From Mytilus edulis (lineage: Eukaryota), in assembly GCF_963676685.1 (NCBI RefSeq), contig NC_092349.1, forward strand, positions 87,358,001 to 87,422,000: a stretch of 64,000 nt of DNA. Reading direction: 5' to 3'. Each line of letters begins with the position of its first letter. The first letter of the stretch is position 1. The notes beneath the pieces were generated by a model. The model made no database searches and was not told where the DNA came from. It saw nothing but the letters and a program-made list of their open reading frames with translations. Position numbers and translations under genes: made by a program. Positions 40,520 through 51,038 of the stretch are shown in pieces.

Positions 40520-41196
40520 AAAAAAGAAGATGTGGTATGATTGCCAATGAGACAACTATCCACAAAAGACAAAAATGACATAGACATTAACAACTATAGG
40601 TCACCGTACAGCCTTCAACAATGAGCAAAGCCCATACCGCATAGTGAGCTATTATAAAAGGCCCCGATAAGACAATGTAAAACAATTCAAATGAGAAAAC
40701 TAACGGCCTTATTTATGTAAAAAAATGAACAAAAAACAAATATGTAACACATAAACAAACGACAACCACTGAATTACAGGCTCCTGACTTGGGACAGGCA
40801 CATACATAAATAATGTGGCGGGGTTAAACATGTTAGCGGGATCCCAACCCTCCCCTAACATTGGACAGTGGTATAACAGTACAACATAAGAACGAACTAT
40901 AAAACTCAGTTGAAAAAAGGTTAACTCATCAGATGGACAAAAATACAAGTGGACGTGGCCCGGTACTTATACATCCCGACACAAAAAGACACAATGAACA
41001 GGTCTGAGAATACTCGCAGTTATCTGACAGCTAGTTCAAAGCCACTAACAACTAATAAAAAAAATCATGCAACTAAGACTAAACTATCAATCCGTACACA
41101 TCCAACATCCAATGGATTTAGTGTAAAGACGTCATAAACAACCAGAGAAAAACATGACCTTGTGCAATGCCAAGTTACAGGTATCGACAGATTGTA
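40520..41196 (+). repeat. High-copy interspersed repeat; other copies at about 49770-50345 (same strand), 48455-48740 and 14910-15100 (opposite strand)
   Basis: Shared blocks AAACGACAACC-CTGAAT, GGACAGTGGT-TAACAGTACAACATAAGAAC, AAAGCCACTAACAACTAATAAA and CAGAGAAAAACATGAC. Confidence 0.8.
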
Positions 41197-42218
41197 GTCC
41201 AGTCAACCTCTTCAACATTTGAGGACGAACTACCTGGTCTTCGATTATATGATGCCTCAATAAGTTTAAATCTTTGAGAGCTCATCTTTCAATTGTTATT
41301 TAGACTCTTGATTTATCGAAGTGTATGTCTGTCTTCATTCAAATATAATAATGAAACAGTAGTGTTCACCATATCAATTGAATTTTAATAATCTCCAAAG
41401 AAATAAATACCTGATTCTATTACACCATTCTTCTCACTTTTTGCAAATTAAAAGTCAACATTTTTCTTGAATTTTGACATGAAATTTCGACCGGAAGTTA
41501 ACCAAACTCATCCAAATTGCTGCTTCAGCAACACTGAAACCTATCTAATACGATGCAGATCAATTAAAACATAAGTTCTTTTAGTTCAAACTAAAAAAAT
41601 GAAAGAGAATTAAGAAAAGTTGAAATTTAAACATGCATCCGCCATTTTGGATTTTACCGGAAGTTGACTATATTTCCAGCTTGCCTCCATATCTAAAATT
41701 GAAGAGTATAGATAGAAGTATGTTTGAGCAAAATTTGGTGCTTTTAACACGAAGTGCACAATTCCTTCATATATTGCACCTATCTGCTGGACTATTTGGA
41801 ATTAATTTTTTTAGTCGACACATTACAATTCACTCGTAATAACAAATCGCTAATGACCATCGGTATAAAATATGTTTACTATGAATTTGACAAATAAGCA
41901 AAATTAACGTTGTGAACCTTTAATTTTTATTTAGCTTATCTTTTTAATATAATATAATAATAAAATTAACTATATGATATCGTCTTTCTAATGAGCGGTC
42001 ATACCATATGACGAGTTTGGAAGTATTAAAAGTAAACTGTAGCAGAGTGTTAATTAACCCGACCATATGAGTGTATACCCATATGGTCATCACCATACGC
42101 GTATGGTCCAAATATTCATATGGTCCGGAACATAAACTTATAACGCCCCAATAAAAAAATATTGATATTTATTTATGCTAAATTTTATATATAATATTTT
42201 GCCTTATCTTAAGACTAA

Positions 42219-42597
42219 GGCCGCATTTCTCTCTAACACAAACGATGCAAACGGCTAAGCGCGCACATATTTTGATCATTTTTTTCAAACACAAGTTTGC
42301 AAAGTTTACATAAACTTTGAAAAACTATGCAAACGCTAAAAATGCGTCTGCAGTTTGTCGTTTGTTAGCGCAAACACTACAATTGCTTCTAACTTCAATC
42401 TGATTTAACGAAGTATTTGTATCTACGTTTGTAAAAAGTCTGTTTAACAACAACATGTGCATGCATTATTGAAAGTTCAAACAGGGTCAGTAAAGACTTA
42501 TTACACGATGTATTTGTTTCTACTTTTGTAGCAGTTAGAAAACACCAACAAACGCGGCACAACGTTTACAAAATTGTGGTAAGAAAGAAATGCGGCC
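42219..42597. mobile_element. Harbinger-like MITE
   Basis: TAA|GGCCGCATTTCTCTCT ... AGAAAGAAATGCGGCC|CAA. Confidence 0.68.
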
Positions 42598-43129
42598 CAA
42601 ATTTTTCTTCCCAAGTATAATTGCAGCGATCATTGCATATTATTAATACAACAAATCTTGTTATTCAAAATATTCCCATTCTTTATTCACATTGTATGTA
42701 GAATAAAGGTGGATGCCAAGGTGACCCTAAAAAATGACAGCTAAATAAGAAAACTAGGATTGAACATCAAACAAAAACCAAATGGAAACTCTTGCGCTTC
42801 AAATAGACCAGCAATGGCGGTTCCAAAAAGTGATAATCGTAATTAAAAAGCATTAATATTTTAAGAATAAGAAACATCTTGGAATTTTAGTCTACCGACT
42901 AATACAATTTTCATATCCTTTAAAAACTATTATTCCGCGCAACAAATCTGAACCTGGATAAAAAGGAATATGAATATTACAAATATTGTCAGAACAAAAT
43001 CATTTTGCATAACTTATAAATCATTCGATGTTCACTATAATATAAAAAGCGTTTAATGGACTACATTAAAAGAGCATAAAAATGTTTTAAAACACCTAAC
43101 TGTGACAAGTTATCCAATATGAATATAAA

Positions 43130-43513
43130 AAACATGATATAAATCATATGTTCATCTTTTCATTTTACGTTTCACACTGAAATGAATAAAATATTGATGT
43201 ACAAGGTATATAGAACGATCGTGTTCCGGTAACATTGTGTTACAATCGATGACCAAGGTAACATCAATCGACATAGGTTACAAAAAACTAGTTCAACATG
43301 TTCAAACTTACAATCAAATTAACAGGTACAAATTAAACATGATAATAAAAAGATATAACTTATGTTTTAGCATGTTTCTCTTTTACGAATTGTTAAAATT
43401 TAATTTACTGCTTCCTGTGGTAAATCCGTATAAAAGATGTCCAGCTTCTGAGTTAAGCCACAACTTGTCTTGTCCTCCTTGTATACTATACCCTCTCACT
43501 GCTACAGTTAAAG
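43130..43513 (+). promoter_or_regulatory. Promoter, TATA box (TATAAAAG 43429-43436) and non-coding exon 1 of Gly/Met gene A (donor AAG|GTATGT after 43513)
   Basis: The block aligns by eye with 58200-58472 upstream of paralog B, including the TATA box, CTCACTGCTACA and the donor site. The coding exon has an acceptor (TTTCAG) 9 nt before the ATG, so an upstream exon is required. Confidence 0.78.
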
Positions 43514-45023
43514 GTATGTTGTATTATAGTAAATTAGGATTTGTGTTTTTCCTTTTAAATAATGTTATAATAACTTTAGAAAAATTTGGCTGTTATTATT
43601 AAGTCATATTGCTCTTAGCGTGTTTTGTTTCTAAAACATCATTTGCTTTCAAGTTTTTGGCTGTACACGTTCCTGGTGAAGACAAATTCAGAACGATCAT
43701 TACCACATACATAAATACAGTGTTTTTTAATTTGTTATTCAGTATTGAATAATAAAAGAGTTAAACGAGACCGACACTTGTTTCCAATATAACTTCATTT
43801 TAAATATATGTGTTGAACACGTGCTTCTGCTTAAGCATTTGATTATAATTCTTTTCAGATGAAATCATCAGTTTTCTGTTTAAATCTTTAATCTTAAATA
43901 ATCTTTGACATTATATTTTCAAAAAGAGTCATTGGGAGACCGGTTATGAATTATTTATATTTCTTTTCGTTTTGTTGAACAAAACAAATGCAAAATATTT
44001 AAAAAAGTGATTTCATTTTAGCGTTTTGAATTGCAAATACAAAGTCAGAATTATCACGAATTAAACTCAAGGACGTATTTACTTCATTTTGGATAAATGT
44101 TCATATGATTTTGCAATGCACAGAAAACAATCAACATTATATTATTCTGTTGAAACATGCTTGTAAAATGTTTGTAATAAGTTCGACACAATCCTATTAT
44201 TAACGTTAACAAAATTGAAATAGGAAGCAAACCTAAATGAACATGCAATAATTAAGTGTATTTCAATAACTGAACATATGAATTTACGAATAACATTGCG
44301 TTGTTATTAATATCTCATTCCTTCGTGAATGTTTTTTGAGATTCCTTGTCTTCCTATAGGTTTACGTCGAATAGATAATATTAATACACATAATGTGAAA
44401 TACTTTTTTTTTAATGTCTTGTGTATATTGAAACAATTTGTTTTAGAAACTGTCACTTGTATATTGTTAAAAAATGAAATTTACGCTTTATAAATTCAAT
44501 GGGTCGGAGGACGGTTTTTCTCCATTTACCCTTATCAATATCGCTCAACCCCTAATCTCAAAACCAATAAAATGCAAGCTCTAATATACGTAAGCAGCTA
44601 TATCACCTAAAGGGAACTACTATTCGATACACAAACAGCTTCATATATTTTATTTATACATTTTTTATAACATTCATTTGGTAATTCGTTGTCGTTGACA
44701 CAGCTGAAAAGCAATAACACAAAACATGCAGTCGAAGTATAATTTAATTGCCTAATAGATATTTTCAATACTTCTTATATTTTTATTATTTAAAAAAAAT
44801 TAAAGGTATTGAAATATTTAGCAAATATGTTTGAGCAGTTTATTGAATAAAAAACACCCAAGAGTAATACCACTTATCAATGGACGAGAACAATAAATAT
44901 TAATAAAGATTTGTACATAATTTTACTGATTTTTTAAAAATAAGGATCAAAATATGTATTTGATTCAATAACTTAACCGAAAACATCGAAACTCCATGTA
45001 TACAGATTTGAAAATATTATTAT

Positions 45024-45277
45024 TATTTACTACCACTGGGTCGATGCCACTGCTGGTGGAGATTTATTTCCCCGAGGGTATCACAAGCCCAGTAGTCAGC
45101 ACTTTTTGTGCTGACATGAATTATCATTGATATTGTTATATTTATAAATTAACTGTTTACAAAGTTTAGAATTTTTTGAAGGCTTTTCTACCTCAGGCAT
45201 AGATTACCTTAGCTGTATTTGGCAACACTTTTAGGAATTTTGGATCTCAATGCTCTTCAACTTTGTACTTTATTTGG

Positions 45278-45314
<37 letters not shown>

Positions 45315-45415
45315 TTTTTTGGATTCGAGCGTCACTGATGAGTCTTTTGTAAACGAAGCGCGCGTTTGGCGTATATACACAATTTAGTCCTGGTATCTAT
45401 GATGAGTTTATTTAC
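45024..45415 (+). mobile_element. Full retrozyme monomer (permuted) with a mutated hammerhead at 45329-45372, in intron 1 of gene A
   Basis: Same sequence as the 4016-4380 unit but starting and ending at TATTTAC. CTGATGA is intact, GAAA is changed to GAAG and GTC to GTT, and the poly-T is expanded. Confidence 0.8.
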
Positions 45416-46147
45416 ATAATGTTTTAAAATACGGATCAAAATATGTGTTTGATTCAATAATTTAACCGAAAACATCGAAACACCATGTAAACAGATTTGA
45501 AAATATCATTCAGTTAATGTTTTGTCTTTAATTGTTGCCACATTCCCGTATTACATACATTTCATTTTGTTATTATTTTATTCTGTAAATCTTTTTAAAA
45601 GAAGAATATTTCAATGGTAAAATATTCAGGTTTGAAGTATCTAAGTGATTATTATTCCCATTACGCTAACACATGTATAGGGACAATATGTTCAGCTATC
45701 ACTCCCATAGTCGCTATAAGAAAGAGAAAGAGTCAATATATATATATTTTTGGAATGACATAAAATAATAACATTAAATTAAGTAAATAGAATAAAGTAA
45801 ACATGCTACTATTTTTGTTTGACATTTACACTTAATTTTAAAGTTATAGATAATTTCAGTTTCCTTAATATAAATTCTTTTCATTATAAATGTCATCTAC
45901 TAAACAACAAATATATTTAAAAAAAAATATTTGCGTGACATATTTTGCCTTATAGGGGAGATTATAGGATTTATTTTAATATTGTTATAAAGATTATGTT
46001 TAAAAAAACTGTTTGCCAATTTATAAGGAGACATATCTAAAATATCATAATGGCTTTAAATGAAATACTTTTCGGAAACACAAAAAAGAATGCTCCTGAG
46101 TGATTGTTTTACTGACAAAATTCCCTTTTTTATTTCAGTCTTTCATT

Positions 46148-48229
46148 ATGAATCCAATTCAAACCGTTGTCACATTTATTGCTGTCTTCGTCACAGTTAA
46201 TGGTGCTGGTTATGGAAAAGGTGGCGGTATGGGCGGCGGTATGGGAGGAGGAATGGGAGGCGGTATGGGCGGTGGAATGATGGGCGGTATGGGTGGAGGA
46301 ATGATGGGTGGTGGTATGGGAGGTGGTATGATGGGTGGTGGCATGGGAGGCGGTATGGGTAAGATGATGGGCGGTGGAATGATGGGAGGTATGGGAGGTG
46401 GTATGAGTGGTGGTATGATGGGAGGTATGGGCGGTGGTATGATGGGTGGTATGGGTATGGGTAAGATGATGGGCGGTGGTATGGGCGGAGGAATGGGAGG
46501 TGGAATGGGAGGTGGTATGATGGGAGGTATGGGCGGTATGGGTGGAGGTATGGGTGGTATGGGTAAGATGATGATGCCAATGCCAATGCCAATGCCGATG
46601 CCAATGCCAATGCCAATGCCAATGCCAATGCCAATGCCAAAATCCATGCCAATGCCAATGCCAATGCCAATGCCAATGCCAATGCCAAAAATGGGAGGTG
46701 GTATGATGGGAGGCATGATGGGAGGTAAGTTGAACTAATATTGTTTTCTTACTTTTAACTATTTATTCTATTCAATGTTTTGCCTGATGAACGTGAGGGA
46801 TACACAATTACCGCTAACATAAAACAAACACCAAATACACGTGGGTATATTGATAACTCACAAATATGTCTAGCACGCTCTTGGTGTGACATTCAAAATT
46901 TCAACTGAATTCTATTAATGCTGCAAAAGTTAAGCTGAACTATTATGTCTATCTCCACTGGATAAAATGCTATCATATATAAAGAATAAGGTTGGGTTTC
47001 TATCATTTGTGAACATTTTTTACATGTGTATATATAGTACATGAATGTCATTTGAATTCAAATTCAAACATCGAAAGTTATACATTGATATATTTCATGT
47101 TTAAGAAAAAGAAATACACATATTACTATAATAACATCAAAAAACATCTTTATTATTAATATTATTTATTGACTTTTTTCATATAGGTATGGGCGGAGGA
47201 ATGATGGGCGGTATGGGCGGAGGAATAATGGGAGGTATGGGCGGAGGAATGGGAGGAGGAATGGGCGGAGGAATGGGCGGTGGAATGGGCGGAGGAATGG
47301 GCGGAGGAATGGGCGGAGGAATGGGCGGAGGAATGGGCGGTAAAATGGGAGGTGGCAAAAGTAAGTCTTTGTTTATTGCAGTTTTACTTTGTGAGAATGT
47401 TCTATATATTTGCTGACATTCATTTCATTTTAACTTTGACGAAGTTGTCTCATTGACAATCATACCACATCTCCTTTATATGTTGAATGTTTTGATAGTC
47501 TTTGAGTATTTTGACATTGATTTTAGTTTTGTATTTAAAATTTCTAATATTCAACTAAAAACCTACGTCTTACATTTATAAACATATTTCTTTAATTGCA
47601 GGATACAGAAGAGCCACTGGTACGTAAATTAAAGTACTGTGAAGTCATTAATGTTCGTTGGGTACCAATTTTCAGGGATTTTGTGGGTCGAGTGAACTAT
47701 GGATCTAACAGTTCAACGAACTACAAATTTTCTGTACTTTGGCAATCTGCGAAACTGAATATCTACGAAAATGCAAGTTTCCTTAATCCACGAAAATTGG
47801 TACCCACGAAAATAAAAAGAATCCACAGTAAAGCAAACGTTCTTTGTCGTGTAATAGTCAGTGCTACTCGAATACTTTGCATCTGAATAAGATTGATTGA
47901 GTGATTAAATGACTGAAGGGTTGGTTGATTGATTGATTGATTACTAAACTTGGCATCTCCACAAATGCGTTGTAGCAAATAGAGGACATTATATATCTTT
48001 TTAGCCTCTCATTTAAGACTCGAAATGTAGTCATTGTTATATTCTATTTAATCAATTACATTGTACATGAAAATTATTTTCAACTTTTATTTTCCTCGAT
48101 TAACTTTTATATCAAAAGTACATATCAAAGGATAAAAAACCTGATATACACCTTTCGTTATTTTTTTTATTGTCGTTTACTTATGTTGCCATTTTCTTTC
48201 TTTCAGATTCTTATTCATACGATTATTGA
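46148..48229 (+). CDS. Secreted Gly/Met/Pro-rich structural protein A (abductin-like, putative hinge-ligament precursor); join(46148..46724,47187..47360,47602..47619,48207..48229), 263 aa
   Basis: Signal-like MNPIQTVVTFIAVFVTVNG|AGYGKGG, then (MGGG)n, (MP)11-KS-(MP)7, more (MGGG)n and the tail GK-RYRRAT-DSYSYDY*. Splice sites are canonical phase 1, and both tiny exons are conserved in paralog B. AATAAA at 48282. The gene model is well supported; the function is inferred. Confidence 0.88.
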
Positions 48230-48281
48230 ACAACATCATTTAGATTGGATTAGTCAGAAACATTTCATCATTGTAATATAT

Positions 48282-48287
48282 AATAAA
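48282..48287 (+). terminator. Polyadenylation signal of gene A
   Basis: AATAAA about 53 nt after the stop, in the context TATAATAAATGTTT shared with gene B. Confidence 0.7.
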
Positions 48288-50880
48288 TGTTTATACATAC
48301 CTTGATTGTTTACTCATGATATTAATCACCAATATGAATTATTTTATATAAGATTTTTGATTGATGTAAAAATGATAACATGTCATTCTCTACAGTAAAA
48401 CACTTGCCTTTATCAGAAATTTAGACCCGTAGAGTATTGCCGCGAATTAAAACAAGTTTAACCCTGCTACATTCTGTATTTGCCTGTCCTAAGTCTGGAG
48501 CCTGTAATTCAGTAGTTTTCTTAATGCCTGTATAACATATTTGTTTTTTATGTTCTTTTTTTGTTCATAAATCAGGCCGTTAGTTTATTCGTTTGAATTA
48601 TTTTACAAGTGTCATTTTGGGCCTTTCAAACATGTAGCGTACTATGCCGTATGGGTTTTATTCATTGTTGAAGGCCTTACGGTGACCTATAATTGTTAGT
48701 TTCTGTGTCAGTTGGTATCTTGTGGAAAGTTGTCTCATGAAACATCCTTTTTGTTTTTGTAAGGATGCTTCAATGTTTAAAACATAATGATGGTCATTTA
48801 TTAGTAGGGCATAATAGTTATAAACACATAAATCAAAATAGAAAACGAACAGACTGTAAGAAATATCAGCTTCTAAATTGCTCAATCGTGATTAATGAAA
48901 GACGAATAACGAGTATGGCTGGATGTAATGTGTTTGTGAGTTCTCATTTCACCAACACAAGAGTGACACGACAACCATATTTTCTAACAAAGGAATATGT
49001 ATTTATAAAAAAAGATGAGTTGGAAAACGTCGATGAAATAAATTCCAAATAGCCCAAAGACGTCTTTTTGGTCAATTTACCATCTCCTACGATTGACAAA
49101 TGGCATTATCGTAAACCAAGCTTTCATTTTCCTTCAGTTTAGACAAACAAACAAATTAACCCATAGGACATCACATAATTAACATCGAAGAAATACACAC
49201 GCAACGAAAAACTGAAATGGAGTAACATGAACCATTATCACAATTTAGAGGAGCCATGTGTCAAATAAACGTAGACATTTCCTGTTTGATTCTTATGACA
49301 AGTCTTATTCGGTTATACATCACGACCAAAGAAAAGAGGAGGGCATGCATGTTTAACGACACATTGACCATTTCTATGGTCATCTGTAACATCGATATTC
49401 TGTAACTATCAACTACACAAGTCATGGTGTCAAATATAACACGTTCGATATCATGATTCATGTTTTCAATCAAGAACTTTTGGTGTAGTTACGTAAAAAA
49501 TCATCTTATTTAATATTTTGATTGAAACCACTAGCTTTTGTCTCTAAAAATTAGAAAAATTACCAAACTCCTGTGTAAATTCAAAAAGGAGAAGTACATA
49601 CAAACAGATAAAAACAAATGCTATAAATCAACGGAACGAGTGAAAATCAGCTGTTATATTCCAGGCTTATTACATGCACTTCCAGAACAAAGTGGTTGGG
49701 TTAATATAAAAATCAGAAATTATTGCAAATAAGACAAGTCTCCAAATACTAGATGACAAAGAAATTAACACAATAGGTCACTGTATGGCCATGGACAACG
49801 AACAAAGCCAATAGTGCATAGTCAGCTATAAAACATCCCGAAAAAAATGTAACACAATTCAAACGAGAAAATAATGGCATAATTTATTTGCAAAATAATG
49901 GACAAAAACATATATGTTACACACCAACAAACGACAACCCCTGAATAACTGGCTCCTGGTTTGGAGCGGAAACTTTCAAAACAAGGCGGGTTAATACATA
50001 GGACAGTGGTGTAACAGTACAACATAAGAACAAATCATAAAAAACAGTTGAAAAAGCTTTACCTGATCAGACAGATACCAAGAGAAAACACCCAACAAAA
50101 ACACAGCGTGGACGTAGACATGTATTTATACATTCCTTAAACAACAAGACACTAAGTACAGATCTTAAATTTTCTGACAACTAGTTGAAAGCCACTAACA
50201 ACTAATAAACAAAATCATGTATCTTAGACACAAATAACGTCAGTGCACATTTAGCATCCATTAGATTTAGTACCACGACGTCATGAACAATCAGAGAAAA
50301 ACATGACTTTGCGCAATGCCAAGATACAGGTGTCGACATATTGCAGAGCCATTAAAGTGCATATCGTTATAAACACAACTTATAATTTGATTTTAATTTA
50401 CTGATTAAATGTTGAATATTGATAGCAATACAAATCATATTCAAAGATTTTATTACCAAGACCATTACAGTATTGATTTGATAACCTTTTAGATAAGTGT
50501 ACTTAAAGGATCGTTACCGTAAAGTTTTTTAAATTGCTGGGCTAGGTAAACGGTATCAACGTAAAAGAAGGGATGTGATTTTCCGTTTAAATAAATTTAT
50601 CTACAGGTACAACATAATTTAAATCACAATCTTTTACATGTTTATAGCAATCGAAAAATTAAGTAAAGATTTTGAATAATATGTGATAACGAAGTCCCTG
50701 ACTTAATAATCCACTAGTAGTACATAGCTTACGTTAATTAAATCCTTAACGTCACAACAGACACAAACACAGCAAACGAGTATATAAATAGGGATCGAAA
50801 TTTTTTCTCTTTTTTCGAAACATTACAGTTTCCCGTGTATAACTGAAATATCTAAATGTAGGAAAGGACAATTACGTATT

Positions 50881-51038
50881 AGATAAAATACAAAGGTAAC
50901 AAAGAAACAGGCCGGTAACAACCGTTGCCGGATAATTTTTCTGCACGGGTAGTCAGGTTTTGACTTGACTACAAGTGCAGAAAAACTATTCGGCTGGTTG
51001 TTACCGGCCTGTTTCTGTTGTTACTTTTGTTTTTATCT
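50881..51038. repeat. Near-perfect 158-bp foldback palindrome
   Basis: AGATAAAA..AGAAACAGGCCGGTAACAACC..TTTTTCTGCAC..GTAGTCA / TGACTAC..GTGCAGAAAAA..GGTTGTTACCGGCCTGTTTCT..TTTTATCT. Confidence 0.85.

Larger units (their letters stand above)
37570..41794 (-). mobile_element. Decayed Academ-like DNA transposon with transposase pseudogene fragments
   Basis: TTT|TAGTCCAGCAGATAGGTG ... CACCTATCTGCTGGACTA|TTT, with imperfect TIR similarity over about 100 bp (TTAGATATGGAGGCAAG mirrored). Minus-strand fragments NPLTLRRWMAA*EEMA (about 39050-39000) and NNAKWYKTCHL..ELKRA (about 40110-40060) recall Academ-type transposase motifs. Confidence 0.72.
36061..42132. mobile_element. TIR element of the same family as 24609-25058, inflated to 6 kb by nested insertions
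   Basis: TGTTCCGGACCATATGAGTATTTGGACCAT ... ATGGTCCAAATATTCATATGGTCCGGAACA, with subterminal GACCATATG repeats at both ends. Confidence 0.8.

Noticed and set aside
43237-43602. Similar ORFs at 43237-43602 and 58332-58520 suggesting a small paralogous protein
   Set aside because: The similarity spans a TATA box and ends at a splice donor, so it is better explained as conserved promoter and 5'UTR exon.
46197-46716. Minus-strand Pro/Ile-rich and Ala-Leu/His-Pro-Tyr ORFs (also 60040-60931, 61454-61900, 62337-62565)
   Set aside because: Shadow frames of GGN-ATG repeats, which lack stops on the reverse strand. Signal peptide, splice sites, TATA and polyA all support the plus-strand Gly/Met frame.
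46725-46738. ORF-track C-termini such as GKLN*, KSKSLF..., GGN* and GGK*
   Set aside because: Read-through into introns. Each begins at a GT donor conserved between the paralogs.
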